A stretch of 64,000 nt of DNA, taken from the NCBI RefSeq assembly GCF_009914755.1, contig NC_060933.1. One strand, 5' to 3'. Both the position numbers and the translations under genes were made by a program. The notes below the pieces were generated by a model. The model made no database searches. It was given only the letters and a program-made list of their open reading frames with translations, and had not been told where the DNA came from. Below are positions 16,269 to 28,609 of the stretch, piece after piece (within the stretch, counting starts at the first letter, position 1; each line of letters begins with the position of its first letter). This DNA comes from the human T2T-CHM13v2.0 reference genome, Homo sapiens.

Positions 16269-16670
16269 TGTTTGACTATTCCGTTGTTAATTTCTGTAGG
16301 AATCATTAGTCTTGAGAAAATTATGGATTTAGTCCGTGTTGCAGAGTCTCTCTGATATTAGTGATTACCGATAAAATAAGTTCACATTTGGTTTTCCAAT
16401 GACGAGCCCACTGGGTAAGTTTGTTAAGATCATGGTTGAGATTTTGAGATGGCAAAGGTTTTAAATACGTTTTGGAAATATACTCATTGGTATATTTCTT
16501 TTGAGAAGGCTGAAATGTAGCTGGGGACCAGCCAGGTTGATCACAAGGGACGATGATATGAGGTAAGCACACAAGAGCTATGGACAAGACAAGGTCTAAA
16601 GGATTTTGAATACAAAGCAGAAATATTTCGACCTTCTCATTTCTGGGGTGGGAGTGGGGAGTGTTCATTA

Positions 16671-17207
<537 letters not shown>

Positions 17208-17997
17208 TCATTCAATTTGTGTTATATGCTTAGAAAATGAAAATTCAGTAAGAACTTATTGGGTGCCAGATAGTGTTATCTTGTGCAATTCTCTTAATAG
17301 CCCATGAGGTAGGTATTATTCTAATTTCACACGTGAGCAAACTGAGTTTCAAAGAAGTTGATTGACTTAGCTAAAGTTACAAGCTTGTAAGAAGAGATAG
17401 AGCGAAGATTTTAGTCAGGTTTGACTCCAAAGGCCATGTAGTTCTTTATACAAATAGGTTGCATTTTGTTGAGTTTGGATCCCGTTGTCTACTTCCCACT
17501 GCCTTCAGCTCTTTTTTTTTTTTCGAGTATAATTTCTTTCCGGTATACTTCATGTGTTTCTATCCCACTTCTAGTGCACAGTTTGAATCAAATTAATGAA
17601 GTCAATTAGTGACATATCCTCACAAGCTGAAATAAAGGGAGGAGGTAAGTTTTTTTTTGTGTCAAAATTAATAGCTCATGGTTATAACCCACTAAGAAAT
17701 GATAAGATTTGCTAAATCTTTTGCTGTTTATTTTCCTGGATAAAGTTAGAAAACAAGAACACATCTGGGTCTTAGTAAATTCTGTCACCATCTCTCCTTC
17801 ATTCGTTCACCAAACATGTATGTCCCAGGCATTCTGATTTCTCAGGTGCTAAAGGGCCTTTTCACACATTGGGATATCCAAAAGGAGTGAGCTTATGTTG
17901 GCTAAGTTTCCATTGATACTTGCCAACTGACAAGGCTTCACATTGTTATCCTAGTTAGTCTTCAAAATGATACAGTAAGGTAGATATTGCTACCTGC

Positions 17998-18313
17998 CTT
18001 CCAACCCCGATCACATCTAAAAAAACCAGAGAGGTTAATGACTTATCCTAGGTCATACATCTGCTAGGTGCCTAAGCTGAGATACAATCAGGTCCTCCGA
18101 CTCCAAGTTCTATGTTCTTTCCATACCCAAAGCCAACCCCAATCAGTGATGGCAATCCTGAGGGATAAGGAGGATTAGTGGAGAAGGTTCAGCGTCTCTT
18201 TTCTAGGTGTTTTTTCTTTTTTCTTTTTTTTTTTCTGACAGTACTGGTAAATGCATTTTTTTTTTAATCAGAAGAAAAAAAGGAGACAGGAATTTCAAAT
18301 TAGCTGCATCTAG
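17998..18313 (+). repeat. Local duplication, copy 1 (~315 bp; partly MIR-derived)
   Basis: Near-identical to 19878-20206. Confidence 0.95.
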
Positions 18314-19877
18314 TTTAGACACTTCTTTTCCATTACAGCTAAATGGAAACTTACAAAGAGATAAATGCTCTTGCATTAATTCACTAATGCCTAGGGTCTA
18401 ATCCATGAGACATAAAGAAAAATGTTTTAAAAAGAAGTGTTTGGTGACTGAATGAATAAGGGAATGAATACCTTCATTTTGTAAATAGAGATTTAAATTT
18501 TGCTGTGGCTTGGACTTCCTGTAGTTATTTTGAAACACTTGGTGTTTATTCTGAGGCAGTTTTTTCCACGTAAAGATTTCCCAAGAATCATAATTCTATC
18601 AAAAGCGAGGATGAAATCTCTTATACTGGGCAAACAATCTTCGTCTGAGAGACAAGGGTCTCGAATTCTGTTCCTGGATTTTGTTTAGATAAGTGGCGTC
18701 TCTCTTTGATAGCTGGCCTCTTTGCACCTCCACACCATCAAAGCAGTGAATTCCAATGAAAGTGAGGGCATTCAGGCTAATTAGGCAATCAAGGGCTTGT
18801 TATTTAAGAGTCCCTCCTGTTTTGTTTTTTTCTTTTTTAATATGCTTCTTTTAAAACGCAATCTTTTCACATCATGGATTAGCTGAGACAATGCTGTAAC
18901 TGGATCTAGGATTCCCAAGACTGGGTCTCTCAGCTTCCTTTTCTTCTGTTATGTGGGAGGTCCTGCAAGCCGCTACAAGCAATGGCCTGATGGGATCTGT
19001 GGCCATTTCTCCCCTCCTGAGGAGTGAGAATCTCATCTCGTTCCTCCTTGTCTCAGTCCCTTAAGAAATTACCATGTTCTGCATTTGAAGACTCATCTGA
19101 ATGATTTAATTCACATTAGGTAACTGGATAGGAAAAAATACTCATTTTTTAATCTTACATTAAAACACATCCAAAGTTCTCTTAAAAACGAGAGGGAGTT
19201 CATGATTGCATAGGTCTATTGTTCTATCTAGCCTTATTGGTTATTTTTAAGAAAGCCACTTTCCTAATAATGTTGGGAGACAGCAGAAAGAACCTAGCAT
19301 GTATAAAATTCCTACTGGATGCTAGGCAGTTAAATTTCACCAACTCTATTTAATCTATGAGACAAGGCTCCCAGAAGTGCCTGTGGTATCCTCTCTCCAT
19401 GCATAAGGAAATTAGGGTTCAAACAAGTTAAGAACTTGCTAAAATTATGTAGCTAAAAAGCTGTGGGAGAGGTTTAGAAACCACAAAAGCTTGATCTCAA
19501 AATCCTCACTCTTCCAGGACACCATGCTGCCTATAATTAAATATTTAATTGTACTAATTGACATGTCTTAGTGATGGCAATTTAGACCCTGGGAGAGACC
19601 TGGTTTAATGTGAAAATCAGATGGCAAAGTCCATCTTCTGAAAATTATCACTAATGAAAAGGAAGAGACTTCTAAATATTTTCTGAGGCTTTTTGGGCTA
19701 GAATTTAGTAAACTGACACCATGTGCAGCCTTTGCCATTGAAGTTTTTGCTGTCACCATTTGGCAGCATTTGCCAAATTGAACATTGGCAAATGTTCAAG
19801 AAGTCAAGTTGAGTGAATGGGTAGGGCTTAATTAAACTTGAAATTTATCTGCCATCTGAGGTTGAACCTTCATCAAT

Positions 19878-20206
19878 CTTCCAACCCCTATCACATCTAA
19901 AAAAACCAGAGAAGTTAATGACTTATCCTAGGTCATACATCTGCTAGGTGCCTAAGCTGAGATATACAACCAGGTCTTCCGACTCCAAGTTCTACGTTCT
20001 TTCCATACCCAAAGCCAACCCCAATCAGTGATGGCAATCCTGAGGGATAAGGAGGATTAGTGGAGAAGGTTCAGCGTCTCTTTTCTAGGTGATTTTTCTT
20101 TTTTCTTTTTTTTCTTTTTTTTTTTTTCTGACAGTACTGGTAAATGCATTTTTTTTTTAATCAGAAGAAAAAAAGGAGACAGGAATTTCAAATTAGCTGC
20201 ATCTAG
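19878..20206 (+). repeat. Local duplication, copy 2 (~329 bp)
   Basis: Near-identical to 17998-18313; about 6 substitutions plus indels, mostly in T runs. Confidence 0.95.
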
Positions 20207-20552
20207 CTGCATCTGTGTTGTCAGTTTTAAGAATAATTATTTTTTAAAGAAAAAGATGGTTATACTTTTGGCACATATATGAACTGTGTTACCTAGCATG
20301 ATTTATGAACAGGATTTCGATCTTAGGCCTTTACTAACTTAGGAGTCACTTTTTAGGCAGAATCTCTAAACTAGGGATAAAACAGCCAATAAAACTGGGC
20401 ACAAAAAACCCTAAAAGCTTTATACAACTCTTGAGAACGTTCTCTCCACTTCCTAAGAGCAGCTGTGAAAGTCCTCTCCTTTATAATAGTATCTGCTTTC
20501 TCTTTACTTAGAAGTTTACATATATTATCTTGGCTATCATGAGTAATGTATT

Positions 20553-21057
20553 GTAACCTGTGTCTGTCAATGGATGAATGGATAAAGAAAATGTGGTGTA
20601 TAGATAGATAGATCATATTTATATATAAATATATACATTCCATATGTGTGTATATATACATATATATATATATACACATATATATATAATGGAATACTTT
20701 ATAGCCTTAAAAAAGAGGAAAATTCTGTCATTTTCAACAACACGGATGAACCCAGAAGACATTGTACAGAGTGAAATAATCGAGGCACAGAAAGACAAAT
20801 ACTGCGTGATCTCATTTGTGTAATCTAAGAAAGCTGAACACATAGAAGCACAGAGAAGACTGGTGGTTACCGGTGACTGGGGTTGGGGAGATGAAGAAAG
20901 GGGAGATGTTGGTCAAGGAGTACAAAGTTCAGTTAGACAGAAGGAATAAGTTTTAGTGATCTACTGCACAGCATGGTGACTGGCCATAGTTAATAATAAC
21001 ATATTGAATACTTCAAAATTCCTAAAAGAGTAGATTTTAAATGTTCTCACAGCACAA

Positions 21058-21092
<35 letters not shown>

Positions 21093-21211
21093 GGTGAGGT
21101 GATTGATATGTTAATTAGGTTGATTCAATCAATCCACAATGTATATGTATATCAAAACAACACACTATTCTCCATAAATATATACAATTACTATTTGTCA
21201 ATTAAAAATAA
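20553..21211 (+). mobile_element. L1 3' end (L1MA/MB-like) with internal (TA)n and (TAAA)n
   Basis: GATGAATGGATAAAGAAAATGTGG...ACAGAAAGACAAATACTGC...AGAGTAGATTTTAAATGTTCTCAC...TTTGTCAATTAAAAATAA. Confidence 0.9.
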
Positions 21212-21319
21212 GAGAGTACACATTTGCAGTGAAGATTGTATTTTTGTTGAATTTTCCTTTAAGATGACTTATCTCCTTTTCTCTCTGTGTTAGACAAGTG
21301 AGAACCTCTGATTGAGTAC

Positions 21320-21595
21320 CTGTAATGACAAAGGCAGTGAGGGGTCTGGTGGGATCCCCAGCCAAGGTGGTTCCTGCCACACTGACGTCATAGCCAGTGT
21401 TCTCCACCAAGCCTGTGATGTGAGCTTGCTTTGCATCTCCTGAGACTGTGAATTGCTGGGACTCATGCAGTGAGTGAGCGTCACTCACATTGATAACAAT
21501 CTTTGCAAAAAGCCCAGCTTGAGTGGTCCATGACATGTTGAAGCTTTTTGGAGTAATATTGCTAAAGATTAGCGTGCCCAACTGTGGCTTTGGTT
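21320..21595 (-). CDS. TNC: TNC cassette exon AD1 (additional FNIII domain 1; 276 nt, in frame)
   Basis: TTAG|AACCAA...ACAG|GTACTC; (E)PKPQLGTLIFSNITPKSFNMSWTTQAG...ITGLVENTGYDVSVAG...PLTAFVIT has the FNIII W/L/Y signature; lies between B and C. Confidence 0.93.
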
Positions 21596-21932
21596 CTAAA
21601 GAAGGAATATGGGCAGAGAGAAAGAGAGAGACATTATTAGAGGAAGCAGTGGATTTTTCCAGAATGTAGCCATAGAACATGAAAGCATCAATATCTCCAA
21701 ATACATACAGAAGAGACAGTATGTTAGGCTGTGTCTACACCTGCATTGAATATGATGATAGAAAATATATTGCTTTCTCTGCAGGTGTATATTTGTGTTC
21801 TTTATTTTTATTTTATTTTTTAGATCTGTGTTCTTTTAAAGCATAAACACCACCATTTGCTAGTCATGTATGAAGAAGAGTAGACAAGCCATTAGAGTGG
21901 TAGATTGGAGTAATGTGAAGGGTATTAAGGCT

Positions 21933-22224
21933 ACATTTTCTAAAGTTTGTACTGGGGACACAAGCCCTGTAAGATGTTCCAAGAAAAGACAGCTTTATGA
22001 TTAAGTATGCATGGTAAACACCGAATATTATGTCTTACCATAGAGATTCACAAGGTGGGTTTGCATTTTAAAGGCTCTGACAGGCTGGTTCTGTCAGTAA
22101 ACCTGTTTAATTTTGTTTGGCCCAAATTTCATAAACTTATTGATCAATGTATACCCTATCTGAGGAATATCCTTTGAACATCTCAAGGAGCTGGTGTTCC
22201 ATTGAACATGTTTTAGAAAATGCT
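21933..22224. mobile_element. hAT-Charlie-type MITE, apparently the same family as 15985-16268
   Basis: TIR-like ends CATTTTCTAAA...TTTAGAAAATG; shared internal block (CAGTAAA..C.TGTTTAA.TTTGTTT...AAACTTATT). Confidence 0.6.
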
Positions 22225-23088
22225 TCTTTGGAGTTTCCTCATTTAGTATTCTTTTTTAGTATCTACTGTTTGCACAAATTAAAGGCTAATACCCATACAA
22301 GAGAAATTTTTACAGTACTTAATATGCATTGTAGGAAAATCTATATTTTACCATTTAATACCGTAAAGGTGAAGATGGCTTCCATTAAAAATTCCCAGTG
22401 AATGCAAAGGTGAAAGAAAAACTTGAAGTTAGGCATTGAATTTTCTGCTTAGGAAACTCAATTATTGGATAATTTGGACAGATAGATGGTTTCCCTGAGG
22501 TTAAGTATCTCTTTTCTGTTAAAGTCTAGACATTCAGTTTTGAGAGCAACTCATTTAATGTTAAGGGGTCTATATGGCTAGATGTTTATGGGGCTGGCCT
22601 CCTAAATGCTCATTTATCAAATAAAACTAATTTTAAAGTAAGTGCGGCCCAGACTGTATTTTAGAGAGAGGCAACAGTACTGGAGGATTCAGATATTAAG
22701 ATCAGGATTTAGGGTTGGGAAGAGGCACAATATTTCTTCCAAGGACTTGGGAGTTATTTTGCTTCAGCTCCAAAGTTTGGAGGAAAGAAGGGGCTCATTT
22801 GGATAAACTTTAATGGCACAATTATACAGCATAATTCGATGTCATAAAATCTCTAAGAACAAAAAGGATTTGGTTCAGAAGCAGAATATAGCCATTAGCA
22901 TTGACATGGGATATCCTCCTTATCAATTAGTTTCAGAAGGTAACAATGCAATCATTTGCAGCTATAGCTTTGACAAATTCCCTCAACCACACAAAAGATT
23001 AAAATGTTCCAAGTGGAACTCTGTTATTTCCCTATATTTTGCTGTAGAAACAATCTCCCAAATTAAGGATGCACGCTGGGATTCTTCT

Positions 23089-23670
23089 CATGCTACCAGA
23101 CAGACTATCAATGCCAACAGATTCACCATGCAGAATAAGACTCAGGTTCTTGAGGTCAGCTTTACCTCCAGCTGCCTCTCAAAGGGTGCAACCAAGCTGA
23201 GAAATGAGATGCAAGAAAAAACAGAGAAAGATAGTGGTAGTTAGGGTATGGTCAATGTTCCATGCAAAATGAGGGGCATTTTTCTCCCACCACTTTAAAC
23301 CTTCTGAAATGACTCATGGACATGCTAGCTGCTTCCAGGAAAAAGAAACATTTTCAAAATTTAATGCTCTGAATATTCACCACATGCACCAAGATTTGGA
23401 CAAGATGATGGCTTGAAAGAAGAGCCTGAGACTTTGTGACAGCTATCAGTGGGTGACAAAATGTGCTTGACAAAGTACATGTCAAAAAAGAGTAGTCTTC
23501 AGACAAAAATCACGAGAACAAGATAAGACTACTGGGTCCTCTCATGCAATTCTTGGGTTGTGATTCAGAGTCTATTCTCAGCATGCTCAGGGCACCTTTA
23601 TTTTTTAAAATCCTGCTAGAGAGAAAGAGAGTGTAGATCTTTCTGACCAAGTCACCAGAAATGGCATGCA
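23089..23670 (-). promoter_or_regulatory. Cluster of RBFOX-type splicing elements downstream of exon AD2
   Basis: TGCATG on the transcript strand at 23127, 23261, 23383, 23543, 23665; additional GCATG at 23089, 23321, 23582. Function is inferred. Confidence 0.6.
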
Positions 23671-24055
23671 CATACCTCTTTGAACATGACATAGGCAAAC
23701 TTTGATTAGAACGACCACAGGCAGATGATAATGGGTGGGATTGAAAAAGATTATTCAAGATCAGATGAAAAGATGATTTAGAAATTCAACCAAAGCAAGT
23801 CAGGTTAACTTTATACAAACAAACAGAACAACTCCAGATGTGAATGGATATTTAGGAAAAAGAGGTTTGACACTGAAATTCTTTAATTTGGGGTGAGAGT
23901 TATTTTAAAGCTTTAAAGCTTTGATTTGGATGGCTCTATCAAATTTGAGAAGGATTGGGAGCAACTAGGAGGGTGAAAAGTGGGTAGCGGGTGATTTTTG
24001 GAAAGCTATTCAGAGGAAATTCAATGAAGAGTGAAGAAGCCATAATAGGAAATAC

Positions 24056-24329
24056 CTGTGGTTGCTTGGACCATCAGGGTCTGAGCACGCTGCCCGCCAA
24101 TCAAGCCCATGAAGGTGGGCAGTGTAATTAGAAGAAGCTTTGAGGTTGGTGATGACAGAGCTGCGAGACACCCCAGGCACAGACAGCACCATGGTCTCAT
24201 GGGGGTGATCGGAATTACTAACTTCTATAAGAAAGCTATCAAAGGCAGACTCCTGAGCTTCCCACGAGATGGACACACTGCCCCAGGTCATGTTTGAGAC
24301 AGTGAGGTGGCTAAGAAGAGGTTTGGCTA
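24056..24329 (-). pseudogene. TNC: TNC cassette exon AD2 (FNIII), 274 nt, frameshifted by one extra base
   Basis: Long T tract then TTTAG|TAGCCA...ACAG|GTATTT. Reads (V)AKPLLSHLTVSNMTWGSVSISWEAQ...ITNLKASSNYTAHLHGL; the FNIII tail IGGQRAQTLMVQATT continues only in the shifted frame (extra base near 24103-24104). Confidence 0.88.
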
Positions 24330-24759
24330 CTAAAGCAAGAAAAAAAAGAAAAAAGAAAGTGTGTCAATTTAAAACACCATTGTAGAGTCAAAATCAAAAC
24401 ACATAAGACTAAATCCATAAAGTTTTAGACTTTACCCTTTGTTAATGGTAAAATAATTTGTCCCTTGTTGAAAATCGGTTGGAGCCATGAGAAACAAACA
24501 TATATGTTTGCCTAATTTTCTCCTCTAAGTTTTTTTATACTTGAACCTGGCTGAGATAGCAACTGGATAATGTTGGCTCTCTCTGCCTTATCCATGGATC
24601 ACCCTGACGACAATTTGTAGCCTCATGTAGAATGAGGACAGACCCTCTCTCAACCATGGGTGACCTAAATGACAGGCAATTTTGATGCTACGATGTCAAC
24701 CCTTTTCTTGGATTTCCCAGACCATGAGTCCCCTTTTTGTAAACTATAAGGAAAAATTA

Positions 24760-24875
24760 TCCTGTGTTTGTTCTGTAGACAATATTTTTTTTTTCTAGTT
24801 TGTGATTTCTTCATTTCTCCTGTGTTTGTTCTGTAGATATTGTTTCTTTTTTTCTAGTTTGTGATTTCTTCATTT
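24760..24875. repeat. Tandem duplication, 2 x ~58 bp
   Basis: TCCTGTGTTTGTTCTGTAGA...TTTTTTCTAGTTTGTGATTTCTTCATTT twice. Confidence 0.9.
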
Positions 24876-25711
24876 ACCTCTCCAGAGAAGGCACTGTCTA
24901 AATTGTGCTAAGAATGCTACTTTGAATGTAGCATTAGAAAGGGGGGCTCCCCTTTCTAAATTCACATAGGGTTGTCTTTTACTGCATGGCAAAGAGCATC
25001 TGACTTAGTGCACATCTCACAGACACCACAAATTTAAAGTGAGAGCAGTTTATTCTTTTGTTTTTTAAACTAAGTCCCTTGTTTGAACACAACTATTCTA
25101 CTTTTATTTTTGCCATTTATCATTCACTATTCTGAGGGCAAGACAGCATGTTCTGATCTTCTAGAGGTGGTGTTGGAACTGGGGTGGTCTGAATGGCATG
25201 GCTGCCTCCTGCACTCATCTGATAAGTAATCTTTGCTGTTTCCCTTTACTTTCCCAGTTGGAAAAAAATACCCAACACCATCAACATGATTATTAAATCA
25301 CTGGGATATTTGGGTATTGCGAGGTCCAAGAGACTAGGAAGACAAAGACACTAAGATAATACAAAATAAAATTTACAAGACCTCTTTGACTGAGGCAGAC
25401 ATCTTTCAAAGTCAAGAACAGGTCTAGTTATATAGCTTTTTAGTTATGAGAGGTTAGAATTCTTTTCTCTAGATTCCATATGGCAAATTAGACTGAACTA
25501 CATTTTATGCTGTAAACATCCTGGTCAGTGATAAATCAGGCACATGTCTTTATGGCAATGCATTATTTGGGCTGCTGTTGGAAAAGAGTTATGTTAAACA
25601 GCACCCCAGCCTAGCACCATGGAAGAGTTAGTGCCCTGTGGCTTGTACATCAATGGGAGAGGAGAAGGAGAGGCTTCACCCTGCAAAGAAGACTGTGGAG
25701 AGAGTGCGTTA

Positions 25712-26122
<411 letters not shown>

Positions 26123-28222
26123 TCAGGGCTATGATGGAAGGAAGCAATGTTACCAATTAGTGCCAAAGGGAGAGAAAAAGCAGTTTTGTTAAAAGAAATT
26201 AGAAAAAGGAAGGTATGGCAATTAGATTTCTCTACATGCAGTTGCCACATATAATCAGGCCCTGGCCAAGAAGATGTGCTGAATGATCTTATCAGGAACT
26301 GTTGCATCTTAACCACACTTGCCTCTGGGAGCCCTACCTCAGGGTTGCTGGCCACTGGTCAAAAGATATGAGTCCTGGCAACTTCCAGTCTCTTGAATTG
26401 CATTAAGGAAACCAAGATTACTTGGATGCCTTCCACAGACATTCTTTACTTTGAAGGAGCTCCCATCTATTCAAATGAGGGCTAAATAATTCTGATGCCA
26501 TTACCTTCCCAAGGTGGTAACTTGAGGCTTCTGATTTTGTGACTTAATGGTAATTACCAATTTCTCAGTGTAATTCTTGGTATTTTTTTCATACTTTAGA
26601 GAAGGACCAGCCAGCCATTCTCATATTCTGTTAAAATAGCTTGTCCTCTCTTAACTGCTGCTATGTGGGCCAAAAAGGCTAGTATTGCATTGCCAACCAA
26701 GAGGGCTAAGCCAAGGCAAGGCAGTTTAGGCCATCCCTTTCAGCGAAGAAATAACATTTTGTCTTGAAGATGGTCCTGCCAGTGCTTTCCCCAACCATAA
26801 GAATAAAACATGCAGAGGGCAGGTAGGAGCAGGGTTTGAAAAGCTAGTACTGTCTCTTTAGCAAGAAAGAAGGCTCCTGGTCTCTGAGATCCTTCTAATA
26901 GATTTGTTGAGATACAGATCAGATGGGATTATGGAACTTCCTGCACATAGGCCAATTCATCAGTGGCAAGAATGTTGCTATTGTTAAGAAGAAAAACACA
27001 CACACATAAAAATACTGAGGACACCCAAGCCACAAGATCTGCAGAAAAGATCAGAAGTGGTGGGTGATTACTTTGCCTTCTGGGAAGGGATGGTTTATGG
27101 GTCTCAGAAAAAGGAGGTCCGGGTGCCTTCAGAGTAGCCTCGGCTGCAAATTCTAGGCATTTCAGGGTCACCGTCCTGGCAGTGGTTGCCTGTGCTTTAT
27201 GTTTCTTTATCTCAGTGAAAATTAGTGAAATGACTGAGGTTAAAATGCAGAGCTATGCTCTTGCTAGATTCAACTGGGATGTACAGGTATGCATTAAAGT
27301 TTAGTTGCAATAATTATTTAAAAAGGGGGGCAGTCATATGCAAAATGAAGCGATAGTCTCTACCGAGCTTCAAACCCATGGAGGCACATAATAAAGATGA
27401 GCAACGGAAAACTGTGTCAGAGGAAGGCTGCTGACTTTGGCAGGCCCCCGGGAAACACTGAAGTCTTGTAACAGGGGTAGAGTGACGAGTAAACTATAAT
27501 GCACCCTCCTGGGTCTGGGGCTGGGAGTTTGCCATCCAAAGGCCAACACTCCAGAGAGAAACTCTTGATTAAAAGAGCAAAAAGGGTATCAGTTCTTTGA
27601 CATTCATAGCCCAGGACATTCCTTGTTCCAAAAGCTGCTGTGTGTACTTGTGCTAATGAATGGCTTTCTCTTTGGTACAGTCTCCAGTCATAATTGTGTA
27701 ATTTCTTTTTTTTTCCTTCTGGTCTAGCTATTTGCTAATTTGATGTTCTAACAATGACTCAGTATCTGAGAGAACTGCCCGGAGGAGGGTAATTCAGTTC
27801 TCTTATTATACTGGGTGCATTTTAAAGAAACATTTCTTACATGCAAGAACCACACTACCCATATCCTTGAGGGATTTAGAGATAGAAAAGCACCATTTCC
27901 AACTAGCAAAAGACTCTCAGCAGTAAATAATCTGTGTTCCACCAGAACTCATATATAGGGAGGGAAGCTTTTAGTTATCTCCAAGCACTGGAGAAGTGAA
28001 TTAAAACCATCAGGCTGATTCCTGAAACAAAAATTCATCATTCAAAAAAGATGTAGAATCAGCCAGGTAAAGTATGAAAGGCTGGGGGGCTGGAGATCAG
28101 AAAGGGCAACACCTGCATCATTCACCATCCACATGGCAAAGGCATGAGGACAAAGTCATAGCCCACAGGGAGGTCTCTGAGCATGCACAGCCGGCCACTG
28201 AAAGGCACATGAAAAGGATTCA

Positions 28223-28609
<387 letters not shown>

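Noticed and set aside
22813-23244. 143-aa plus-strand ORF between AD1 and AD2
   Set aside because: No recognisable domain or coding bias; compatible with chance.
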